From: Vezdaea acicularis
Taxonomy: Eukaryota
DNA: 64,000 nucleotides
Assembly: GCA_026025075.1 (NCBI GenBank)
Contig: JAPEUI010000041.1
Location: 62,001 to 126,000, forward strand
Direction of reading: 5' to 3'
Of the stretch, positions 1 to 11,018 are shown one piece after another; the stretch's first letter is position 1; each line of letters opens with the position of its first letter. Both the position numbers and the translations under genes were made by a program. The notes beneath the pieces were generated by a model. It worked only from the letters and a program-made list of their open reading frames with translations. It searched no databases and had not been told where the DNA came from.

Positions 1-363
1 CCCCGAACGACGCCTGTAACACCAACACCTGTGGTGTGTACAACACGCTTGCCCTGCCCTGTGTTTAGATGCCCTATAAAACAAACCAGGTCAAGACCCT
101 TTTCCTTTCTATCTTCCTAAATACCCCTCTAGAGTCTTACCCCCACCCCAACCACCCAACACAAGACACCAACACGCGAACACCATCTGCAATACCCCCC
201 ACCTGCGCCCACCCAGCCCCATAAGAAGCCATCCCCCAGCACGACCATATACCCCCTCTCTAAATTCACCTTTCCCCGGAGGCTTATCTCTACATTCGCT
301 ACTCCCACAACTGCTGGCCCTCTTCCTAACGATACAAACCTATCTTCAGATTCAGCTTCAGCA

Positions 364-2886
364 ATGGCTATTAGGTTATTCCATCTTAGACAAGATCATA
401 CCGACTCAAGGGTAGCCTCCATAGTCCGTAATACCCCGCAAAGCAGTCACTAACACAGTAATAATAGTTCGAACTAGACGAGGACGAGGTTATCAAGCGT
501 CTTCCAATTGTTAAAATTAAAGGGGTAAGTACCTCCCCCCCTTTCTCATATACTACTGCTAACACCTGCTTCAAGCCCCTGACCGGCGGACACAAAGCTC
601 GACATGTCCATTATATCAGAACCTTCATTGACTGGGACTATGAAATATACCAACTCCTCTTACAAGATGGTCGTGAAGTTAAGGAAATTTACGTCACCGT
701 CAAGCCGGATATAAACCCAGATACATTTCATCGCCGCATATGGCAAAAACATCAACTCTCTGGGTCATATGGGTTATGGCTACCTGGCCCATATGAGAAT
801 TATATTTTCCGCCACGTAAGTCGAGCACTTGCCCCTTAGCTCATTACTGACACGATTGTAGCGAATGGAAAGACTGAGAGCCATACCTCATGCTCCATTG
901 ATGAGTAAGGAGGTGGTTGAGTTTAATTTACAGAGGGATCCCAACGATTGGCCATTTGATTCAATTGCGGCATCGCCAATTGATCTCGCTCCAATCGATC
1001 CCATTTCCATTTTCAATCTCGAAGAAGGGAATTACCGAACGAACAACATTATCGTCAAGCTGCCACCTCAATCTCTATCTGAGGTCACCCCGCCCGCCGT
1101 GTCCGAGACTGAAATTAAACAAGAAGACACAGTTTCGGACGGTGAAAGCGCAACTGAGGCCACGGCAGAACGACTGCCATTGAGAGAAGTGGCACACAAC
1201 TCTCGTGTGAAACCAACCTTGCTCAAAGACAATGGTAGCGATCTGGAGAACAAGGAGAATGCTCCCGCGAAACGCCCATCTTCTAGTGCAATTAAAATCT
1301 TTGAGGACCCTGAAGTTAAGGATATTACAGAGCAGGAGCCGGTCAACAACCGTTATCGACCAGATAAACGCAAGCAGGCAGAGAAGGCCGCTAAGAGGGC
1401 GGAAGAGAAAAGGTGCAAAAATGCTGAGAAGAAATCAGCCAAGGAGGCAGAAAGAGCGGAAAAAGCGGCTAGGCAGAAGGCTGAAAAGGAGGCTGCTGTC
1501 GACAAGAGTAGCGAGGTTGTTGCAGCTCAGCCCATGCGCGAAGACAGCGCCTCTAAGCATGCCTCCAGAGTCCAGGGCGCTGACTGCACATCATCCGCAC
1601 TTACCACGGTACTCGCAGATGTGGATGACGAATCAGCTCTCAAGGACCAATCCCGGGAGAGCTATCCGCTTTTGAAGCATTTGAGATCCTACCCTGTGCT
1701 GGAATCAGCCGTCGACAGATACGACCATGCCCTGGCCGAAAAGAGGGTTCATCCAGATGCAACTGATCCAGCATATCAATGTACCATACAACATGCTGGC
1801 GAGATTTTGATGAAGCGACTTCGCACATATCTTGAAGAGATCAAGAACCTCTATGCGGATATATCACTGCCGCAGCTTGAATCATCTTGGGAGTGCTTAG
1901 GGGAGATTCGCAAGCGTCTCCAAATTGTCGATAAGAAGGCCCTTACGGTGGTCGAGAAGAGCAAGGACATCCAGACCCTAGTGGATGATGGGGCTGTAAC
2001 CAACAAGGACGTCTTGCCGATACAAAACGCGCACTCGGATACTGAGTCAATAGAGATTGACACAGATTCTAGAACCGGATCTAAGGCTGTTCTGCCGGAC
2101 CTCAATGAGGTATTTGATGAAGATGGGAACTTCATAAACGATGCTCCACCAACGGAGCAGGTTACCTATGGGCGTGAGGGTGGTTCAGATCACGACTTCT
2201 CCGCCCCCGTGCACAAAAAGCTGATTGAAGTATACGAGTCAGGCAATGGAAACACTGTCAGCACTCCCAATTTGTCAGTACCTCTAAATCGGCTAGGGCG
2301 AGTATATGCACCAAACAAGTCGAGCCGTCTGGCACAGTTCCAGATGTCGGCAGTAGTCGAAGAAAGAGGGCTAGAAGAGGCTCGAGGTGCGAATGGTGAG
2401 ACCGCGACTCTGATTAGGGAGCAGTCAGTGCCCAACAACACTGTTTTAATGGCACATTCCGAACCATCCTCCACTGAAAACAAGTCAGAGGAGGTAAACA
2501 GTAAAGAGATAACGGCAGTAAGGAACATGGATGTCCCTACCGAAACAACTACTGATAAAGAGACTGCTACTCAGCCAGATATCTCTACAGAAGAAAGAGA
2601 TGCCCTGATCGAGGCATCCGCGAGTCATTGGTTCCTTGGACAGTCCAAGGAATTTCACAGCTTCGAAGCTGACACTATTCCCACCCGAACACGTGCCAAG
2701 ACTGTGGGAAAGGACTCCTCTACGTACCGGGCCGTGAGCATTGAGGAGTTGAAAGAGGCTTCTCGCAAGCTTCGGATGCCTGTCAGAGAGGAACCCAGGC
2801 CGGCTGCAAGCGCCCAAATTGGTGGAAGGAAGGGAAAGTCTAAGAAAAGGGCGCAGAATTGGCTGCCCTTCGACTGGAAGGGATAG
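364..2886 (+). CDS. Hypothetical protein (~780 aa), 4 exons, with a Lys/Ala/Glu-rich coiled-coil and disordered regions
   Basis: ATG at 364. Three short introns (donors gtagcc, gtaagt, gtaagt; ctaac/ctgac branch sites) join in frame to ORF 865..2886. TATAAAA near 75. No recognisable domain. Confidence 0.65.
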
Positions 2887-3397
2887 GCGGACTCTTGATT
2901 GGTGGATGGGAAAGCTGAAAACGCCTCGGGATCCCGAGCAAGCCGCCGAAGGATTGCGCCGCTGCTCTCAGCTTTCGACCTCAGATGAGGAGGTGTAGCC
3001 CTGGATTGAAGAGGGAAGTGGTCAAAGAACAGCAGCAGATGATGGCTTTGCTAGAGGAGGGGGATCGGGCAAATAACAGCGGCAGATGCAAGTCAAGAGA
3101 TTCTAGCCTGTTATGAAGAATGGAACAGGCTTTTTGGTGGCTCGTTTCTAGGTCTTAGGCGTCCTGAGGGGGTCTCCTTGGATAGTATTACAATAGCGGT
3201 AGCCTTTGTCCTAATTCTACTTACCAAACGTTTGTATTTGCCATGCTTGCTATCGGCAACTCGAAGCAGACCCCAAATTCTGATAGCATTCTAAGAGCAA
3301 ATGGTGCGCGTAAGCTATGACACACGAGAGCTATAAAGACATAATCACGTCCATCCACACAAATGAACTCTCATAGTCGCGCGGTTTTCGGCCCTAG

Positions 3398-3964
3398 TTA
3401 CTTCGACAAACTGACCTTCAGAGGGCTAGGGTTAGACCCAATGATAACCGACTGCAGGTCTTGGTCTGTTATGTATGGTTCGCCCACCACCGAAAGTCCC
3501 CCAACAATACCTTCAAATTCAGACGGGATGCTTACAAGGACCGCACTCCCGTTAGCGGCCCTCGCTTTCGCAATATCGTCTGCAGCCAAGTAGTCCTCGA
3601 GCTTAAACTCTCTTTTCCACGTCGAGTCCGCTGTGATGGTCAGGAAGTCACTCTCCTTGTATCCAGGGAGATCCGGAGGACCGGCTCCCTTCACGACCAG
3701 CGGTTGGCCACTGATTGTCGTCACGTTGAAGGAGTTTGCAACTTTTTGGGAGCTGTCGAAGAGCGTATTCACTTTTAGGACTGTGACGGGAGACACGACT
3801 GAGCCGTCCGGGACGTTGGTGATGCTGACAGAGAAGGAGTGGCGATTGTGGTCGTTATGGGTTTGTTTGAGAGACTGGAATACTAGCTGAGAGGATGCGG
3901 TGGAGATGAGTAGGGAGACAGCCAGCGCTTGAAGGGCTTGGGCTAGAAAGGGGAGGCGAGGCAT
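3398..3964 (-). CDS. Small secreted protein resembling the prodomain of M35 (deuterolysin) metalloproteases, with no catalytic domain
   Basis: Signal peptide MPRLPFLAQALQALAVSLLISTASS. Motif order VSITN..VTVLKVNTLFD..FNV..G..DFLTI..EF..SN resembles the neutral protease II prodomain by eye. Confidence 0.6.
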   Translation of the reverse strand: MPRLPFLAQALQALAVSLLISTASSQLVFQSLKQTHNDHNRHSFSVSITNVPDGSVVSPVTVLKVNTLFDSSQKVANSFNVTTISGQPLVVKGAGPPDLPGYKESDFLTITADSTWKREFKLEDYLAADDIAKARAANGSAVLVSIPSEFEGIVGGLSVVGEPYITDQDLQSVIIGSNPSPLKVSLSK

Positions 3965-4874
3965 TGTTGGGGGGTTTTTGAAGAAACAAAGGGGGCTGTA
4001 CTTTAGTGGCATCAACAGTACGTGAGAGCTTAGAGAATGGATTTAGAGGAGGCAGAGAAGGTAGAACACAAGTTCTAAAGAATAGAAAGCATACTAGGCG
4101 GTTGGCCTAATATAAGAGCAACTGAGCTGAGACCTTTTGCCATATGCAAGGCTGCGGCAAAGACTTAATAACTCAAGAATCATGTTCCATAAATTCTCAT
4201 AGGCAGCGCGTGTGTGTGAACTCAGACCAAGGAAACGCGAGACAAGCCGGTTGGCCTAGGATGAAGGAAGCGTGCGTGCGTGCTCACGAGGCTCGAGTGT
4301 AAGTCTCGCAAGGGCCATTGAGGCGACAAGAGACCAACATTACTTGTGGGTACTCAATGGTCCGTGTCAAGCCATGGAAAGACTCTGTGAAAGAATGCAA
4401 AACTTTCAACAGAAAGGTTTATTGAATATATGTGAATCAATTTGAGTAGGGTATGGGAGGAAGGCTGGGATTTATGTTTCGGACGTTTACGTAGCCAATC
4501 ACCTTGGAGCTTTCCCCCGTACCTTACCTCACGGCAACCTCGCTTTGAATGGCAACTCATCAGTCCTAAGATATCTAGCCATTATTTGCTTTTGGTCGCA
4601 CTGTCTTCTCGGACTGTGCTACTTGCTGTGCACGACTCTTCTCGAAGTTTTGATGATGCTATTCTAGCTACTAGCCGCCAATCTTCAGCCTTGTTACAGG
4701 AACAAATTGCGACTGCTCGTGATGAGTTACTGGACCCTAGCAAGTCCGTAATCTGATCCATATCGATCTTCCCGTCTCTTGTCAAAGCGCGTGCAGCGCA
4801 AAGAGTATCATTTTAAATGTGGTCCTAGCGCAAGCACATAATCCTGGCATTTTGGCGCGAATGACTCGTACAAC

Positions 4875-7800
4875 ATGGCGGAGTCAACGATCAGCCCGGA
4901 GACATTTGAGAAAGCGATGAAGAATCTTTTTGCAAAACCCAAGTTCGCAGAATCTGACTTCGACCAAGTAAGCGAGCTTCTTTTCCAAATTGGAAAAGAA
5001 GATTGGAGCTATAGGCCAAGGACATATGCTGTTCTGCGTATAATAGATCGAATAGACCTTTTCGATAATTTCATTATCGAAGGGCTGAAAGATATTGCAT
5101 TTCCTTATTCTGCGGATCAATTGCCTCAAGCTCTCAACGGACATTCGATTCGATCCAGGTTTCTTGAAACACAAGACCTGGTTTTAACGAAGGCATTGGA
5201 CTTGGAAATTGAGGGTGGCCGACACAGGCACTTTGCCCAGGATGCAGACATGTATTTTGATAACCTGGGGCTTCTTGGGCGTGGTGGCTTTGGAGAGGTG
5301 CATCGTGTTCGTAGTAAGCTATCACGAGAAGAATATGCTGTAGGTTTGCTTGCTCATATTTCTTAACCCTCTTTTGGACGACCCCTTCTAAATTACAACC
5401 TGGATCGGAAGACCTTCTATTTTATACCTAATGGTACGGCGTGTGCATGGCTAAATTTGTAAAAACTCCAGAGAAAGCGAATCAATCGAAGGAAAGCATT
5501 TTCTGGAGATAAGGAGGCTATCAGAATTTTTGAGAATGAGCTATCAAACCTCAAAAGACTCTCTCACTCTCACCTTGTCCAATTCGTTGGTTCCTACTCC
5601 GACCCTAAGTATATTGGCCTCCTCATATCTCCAGTAGCAGATTGCGATCTCAGAACTTTCCTTGGTCGAAATTCATTTCCAGACAAAGATTTAGGACTAC
5701 TTCGTGGCTTCTACGGCTGCTTATGCTCTGCTGTTGTTTATCTTCACAGTAATAAGTGCCGCCACAAGGATCTTAAGCCTGAGAATATACTGATCAAGAA
5801 TCATACCGTGTTGATCACGGACTTCGGCACAGCGCGGGATTGGAGTAATCAATCACGAAGCGTTACCGCTGGAGACCCAGGTGCCTACAGTAGATTATAC
5901 GCTGCGCCTGAAGTCATCCTTGAAGATTCGCGAAGCTCCTCTGCAGACATCTGGTCTTTGGGTTGTGTTTATCTTGACATGACCACAGTACTCAATGGAG
6001 CAACCTTAGAAGACAAATTCCGCTTCTTCGAGGACAGCGGGACGTTCAGACGGAGCCCTGCAGATAACCTACAAACTCTCTATAAATGGTGTAGCCGACT
6101 TTCGCTTGAAGGCAGAGAGAAGCAGCCTGTCAAATGGATTCAACAAATGATGCGCGAGAATTGCAACATTCGCCCAACGGCTGCATCTGTACTAGATCAG
6201 ATCCTAGCTTGCCACAGTCCTCACATCTATTACAGTCCCTGCTGCAATGAACATGATGAAAGCGCAGATGATGCGTCATACCAGGCCTCAGAATCTGATG
6301 ACAGTATTATAGCTCTACCAAGAGGTGGGAATATCAATCCGGTATTCGTCGCTACATCTGATGGGGTCGTCGACGAAAAACCGTTCACAAGAAACACTTC
6401 TAGCCTTAAAGCTGAGATTCAAGGGCAAAATGAAAACCGGACACAAAATGTAAATACAGGGGCTGGAGGCGTTCCAATTCCTTCGGGTAGCTTTGGAATA
6501 GATAAGGCGTTCCTACGGGCGGCTGGAGAAGGACGAGAAACCGTCATACAATTCCTGTCAGAGAACGGGGTGAACATCGCAGCGAAAGATGAGTATGAAC
6601 GAACGGCGCTGCACTTAGCGGCCGAGAATGGGCATGAGGGAGTGGCAAGATTGCTGTTAGAGAATAGGGCGGATATCACGGCGAAGGATGAAAATGGACG
6701 GACAGCGCTACACTTAGCGGCCGCGAATGGGCATGAGGCCGTGGCAAGTTTGCTGTTGGAGAATGGGGCGGACGTTGCGGCGAAAGAATCACGTGAATGG
6801 ACGGCGCTACACTTAGCGGCCGAGAAAGGGCATGAGGCAATGACAAGATTGCTGTTGGAGAAAGGGGCAGATGTCGCAGCGGAAATTAACGGAGGATGGA
6901 CGGCGCTGCACTTGGCGGCCGGGAATGGTCATGAGGCAGTGGCAGTTTTGTTATTGGAGAAAGGTGCGGATATCGCGGCACAAACTACCAGAGGATGGAC
7001 GGCGTTGCACTTGGCGACCGAGAATGAGCATGAGGCAATGATTATTTTGCTGTTGGAGAAAGGGGCGGATATCGCGGCGGAAACTAACAAAGGATGGACA
7101 GCGCTGCACTTGGCGGCCAGGAATGGTCATGAGGCATTGGCAAGATTGCTGTTGGAGAAAGGGGCGGATATCGTGGCGAAAGATGGCAATGGATGGACGG
7201 CGCTGCACGCTGCAGCCATATATGAGCATGAGGCCGTGGCAAGATTGCTGTTGGAGAAAGGGGCGGATATCGTGGCGAAAGATGGCAATGGATGGACAGC
7301 GCTACACTTAGCGGCCGCGAATGGGCATGAGGTCGTGGCAAGATTGCTGTTGGAGAAAGAGGCGGATATGATGGCGAAGGATAAAAATGGACGGACAGCG
7401 CTACACTTAGTGGCCGCGAATGGGCATGAGGCCGTGGCAAGATTGCTGTTGGAGAATGGGGCGGATATGATGGCGAAGGATAAAAATGGACGGACAGCGC
7501 TACACTTAGCGGCCGCGAATGGGCATGAGGCCGTGGCAAGATTGCTGTTGGAGAAAGGGGCGGATATCGCCGCGAAAGATGACAATGAATCGACGGCGCT
7601 GCACGCTGCAACCGTGTATGAGCATGAGGCCGTGGCAAGATTGCTGTTGGAGAATGGGGCGGATATCGCCGCGAAAGATGACAATGAATCGACGGCGCTG
7701 CACTTGGCGGCCAGGAATGGTCATGAGGCATTGGCAAGATTGCTGTTGGAGAATGGGGCGGATATCGCCGCGAAAGATGACAATAAATCGACGGCGCTGC

Positions 7801-8243
7801 ACTTGGCGGCCAGGAATGGTTATGAGGCATTGGCAAGATTGCTGTTGGAGAATGGGGCGGATATCGTGGCGAAAGATGGCAATGGATGGACGGCGCTGCA
7901 CGCTGCAGCCATGTATGAGCATGAGGCCGTGGCAAGATTGCTGTTGGAGAATGGGGCGGATATCACGGCGAAGGATGAAAATGGACGGACAGCGCTACAC
8001 TTAGCGGCCGCAAATGGGCATGAGGCCGTGGCAAGTTTGCTGTTGGAGAATGGGGCGGACGTTGCGGCGAAAGAATCACGTGAATGGACGGCGCTACACT
8101 TAGCGGCCATATATGGACATGAGGTGATGGCAAGATTGCTGCTGGAGAAAGGGGCAGATGTCGCGGCGATAGATTGCGATGGATGGACGGCGCTGCGCTT
8201 GGCGAGGGAGTTTGAGCATTGGGAGGTGGCGGATTTGCTGTAG
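4875..8243 (+). CDS. Ser/Thr protein kinase fused to a C-terminal ankyrin-repeat array
   Basis: Exon 1 is 4875-5339 (LGRGGFGEV Gly-loop). Intron 5340-5471 (gtaggt..cag). Exon 2 has YARK, HKDLKPEN, DFG, YAAPE and DIWSLG, then 16 full and 1 partial TALHxAA..LLLExGAD repeats. Confidence 0.9.
6595..8243 (+). repeat. Tandem array of 99-nt ankyrin-coding units with high internal nucleotide identity
   Basis: Recurring acggcgctgcacttggcggcc..gcatgaggccgtggcaagattgctgttggagaa..ggggcggatatc every 99 nt. Confidence 0.95.
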
Positions 8244-8720
8244 GAGGAAGGAGCAAAGACCGCGGCGCAATACTGGGGCGACATGAGATAATACAGTAGA
8301 GGAGTAGGCATAGCAGATGGTACGAGGCGGTCGTACGGCTGCTGCTGGAAAGTGAGATGGACCCTGCGGTGGAAGAAGACGATGTATGAGCATCACTGCA
8401 TGCAGCGGCTAAGTGATGTGAAGGAAACGTTAGTACAGCAGCTACTGGAGAAAGAGGCAGTCATTGCGCCGAGTGAGGAGAGTAAAAAGAGGGCACGGCG
8501 CATAGCGGTTTGGTACGCGCATAAAGTGGTATCATTACTGCTGCTGGAGAAGGGAGTGGATATTATGGCAGAGAATAGGCATGCGAAGCCAGGTTTGACT
8601 ATGGGGCCGAGAATGATGGCGTTGCTGTAGAATAGCAGCAAAAGGAGAAAAGGGGGAGCGGGGGAGAGCAGCAAGTGGAGAATGAGAAGGACAGCGATGC
8701 ACTCGGCGGGACTCGAACAG
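8244..8720 (+). pseudogene. Decayed ankyrin repeats downstream of the kinase-ankyrin stop codon
   Basis: The frame continues LL*EEGAKTAA. Fragments QQLLEKEAVIA and SLLLLEKGVDIMAEN (ORF 8352..8630) are interrupted by stops and frameshifts. Confidence 0.65.
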
Positions 8721-9950
8721 GAGTAGAATATTGACAAGGCAAAATGGCACGAACAATGGAGCATGGAATGGATGGGCGAAGGGCTGGGTTACCTTGACTA
8801 TTTTCTACTCTATACCCCCTTTTATCGCTTTTTGATATCTCCACCATCTGGGCTGGAGCGAAGGACTCGAATGCTCTCGCCCTTTTTGCAAAGACCGTGT
8901 TGTACCCTACGATTGTGGCTAACCCAACTGAATGAGCGAGAAGATTGGAACTTCGAAAACGACGGATTTAGTGAGAATAGTTGAATATGACGGAAGCGCG
9001 CATAGTCTTAGCATATAAGGGATTCCCTTAGGAATCCAACGCCGTCTTGTATAATCGTCCATGTACGAGCAGCTATTGAACACTCACTCACCATCTCTAC
9101 TCGCTAGAACAAAAATACCAAGAAACCCAATTAATTGGCCTAACCCTCAAACATATCCTCGATTGAAAGCCTTAACCGCCCTTACCACCCCTTACTCACT
9201 GTAAACATAATCACCCCAGAACCAAGAAAACCATGGCAACCCCCCCATCTACTGGACCAGCACATGAAGACGCCCTTGCCTCATTTGAGTCGAGGATTCC
9301 TCTTCATCATAATACTTTCGTATGTAGCGCATACATCGCGCTCTCCAAACGCACGTGAGCCATAGACAAAATCGTACCCCGCATCGCCCCGCATCCGCAT
9401 CGCCCCCAAACAAGTCCCCGCATCAATCAACCCAATAACCCACCACTTCCTCACTTTCTCGCTGCACCCAACAATCCCAGACTTTTCCTTGCTCATGACG
9501 TCTTTGAATCTAGCTAATCCACCCGTCGCGAAAACGCGGCCGCGAAGACTAAACGCGCTTCGGAGTTAAGGGGTATTTCCACTCCGGGGTTTAGGCCGTT
9601 GTGCGCGGGCTGGGAAGAACAACCACCGCTAGATTCCCGCTCACATGGAAATTACGGAGGTTTAAGTTGGATGGGGTTACTAGATGCGAGATGCGGGATG
9701 CTGGATATAAGATCTGTTTCTCGGGTTCGCGACGGCGGCTGAGGCCGGAGATAGGGGAGAGCGGGGAATGTTTGGATGGTTGAGGGTATATAAGCCGCGC
9801 GTGCGACTGCGGTTGGGATGGGTTTTCGATCAGGAAATTATTCGACTTTATGATTCTCGAGTCTACGATTCAATTGTTCAAGAATACTTCACGACCCCTA
9901 GTCCACTAAAGCCAGCTACAAGCGCCCTCCCCACCACCACCATAAACACC

Positions 9951-11018
9951 ATGTCCACCCCCACCCCCGCAACCCACCACCTCGCCGCAATCCTCCCCTC
10001 AAAGGGCTCCCCCCTCGAAGTAACCACCCGCCCAACCCCTACCCCAGGCCCAGGCGAACTCCTCATCGGCGTCTCCTCCATCGCCCTGAACCCCATCGAC
10101 CACCACCAACGAGACCACGGGTTCTTCATCAGCTCCTACCCAGCCATAATCGGGTCCGACATCGCCGGAACCGTGCTCTCCCACGGCCCATCCATGCCAG
10201 ACTACGCGCCGAAGCCGGGAACGCGCGTGTTGGCGTTTGGGGTGTGTTTCTATGTGAGGGGAGCCCCGGATTACGGGGCCTTGCAGACGCGCGTGGTGGT
10301 TCCGGTTTCGGGGGTGTGTTCGTTGCCGGAAGGTGTGGGGTTCAGGGAAGCGTGTGTGTTGCCGATGGCGGTGGAGACGGCGTGGGTAGGGTGGTGGCAG
10401 ATGGGGATTCCGTTGGACTTGAAGTACCGAGCGGGGAAGGGGGAGGGGATGTTGGTTTGGGGCGGGGCGAGCAGTGTGGGGGGTGTGGCGGTGCAGAGTG
10501 CGAGGTTGATGGGGTTTACGGTCTATAGCACGGCGAGCCCGAAGCATCATGAGTATGTGAAGCGGCTGGGGGCGAGCAGGGTGTTTGATTATAAGAGCGA
10601 GGATGTGGTGGAGCGGGTTGTGCAGGCGGCGAGGGAGGATGGGTTGAGGTTTATGCGGGGGTATCTCGCTGCGGGGGAGATGAAGCCTTGTTTGGATATT
10701 CTGAAGGAGTTGAAGGGGGGGGAGGCGATGGCGAAATTGGCGTCGGCGCCGCTGGTGGGGGAGGACGCGCCGAAGGTGGAGGGCGTGGAGGCGATGTTTG
10801 TGGCGGCGTCGGCGGATCCGGCGGAGAGGGAGAGGATCAGGCATTTCATTTTTGGGGTCTGGTTGAAGGAGAAATTGGAGACGGGAGAGTTTGTGCCGAG
10901 TCCGAAGGTGAAGGTGATTGAGGGAGGCTTGGAGTCGGCGAACAAGGCGTTGGATGAGTTGAGGGAAGGAGTCAGTGGGGTGAAACTTGTGCTCGAGGTG
11001 GGAACGGGGGGCGTCTGA
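9951..11018 (+). CDS. MDR-family zinc-type alcohol dehydrogenase-like / trans-enoyl reductase (LovC-like)
   Basis: PTPTPGPGELLI..IALNPID, GSDIAGTV, LVWGGASSVG, TASPKH, VFDY and C-terminal GVSGVKLV. Intronless; likely start ATG 9951. Confidence 0.85.
   Translation: MSTPTPATHHLAAILPSKGSPLEVTTRPTPTPGPGELLIGVSSIALNPIDHHQRDHGFFISSYPAIIGSDIAGTVLSHGPSMPDYAPKPGTRVLAFGVCFYVRGAPDYGALQTRVVVPVSGVCSLPEGVGFREACVLPMAVETAWVGWWQMGIPLDLKYRAGKGEGMLVWGGASSVGGVAVQSARLMGFTVYSTASPKHHEYVKRLGASRVFDYKSEDVVERVVQAAREDGLRFMRGYLAAGEMKPCLDILKELKGGEAMAKLASAPLVGEDAPKVEGVEAMFVAASADPAERERIRHFIFGVWLKEKLETGEFVPSPKVKVIEGGLESANKALDELREGVSGVKLVLEVGTGGV

Noticed and set aside
2910..2976. Stem gaaagctga/tcagctttc enclosing ctcgggatcccgag after the first gene
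   Set aside because: Short enough to be chance. The upstream stop is TAG, so there is no SECIS rationale.
6419..8396. Many repetitive antisense and alternate-frame ORFs over the ankyrin array
   Set aside because: They are shadows of the 99-nt coding repeat. This is not a CRISPR array: there are no unique spacers and the context is eukaryotic.
9135..9220. Telomere-like cctaaccc/ccttaacc words
   Set aside because: Not a tandem CCCTAA array; part of a C-rich skew block.
9951..11018. Secondary metabolite cluster around the LovC-like reductase
   Set aside because: No PKS, NRPS or tailoring genes anywhere in the window.
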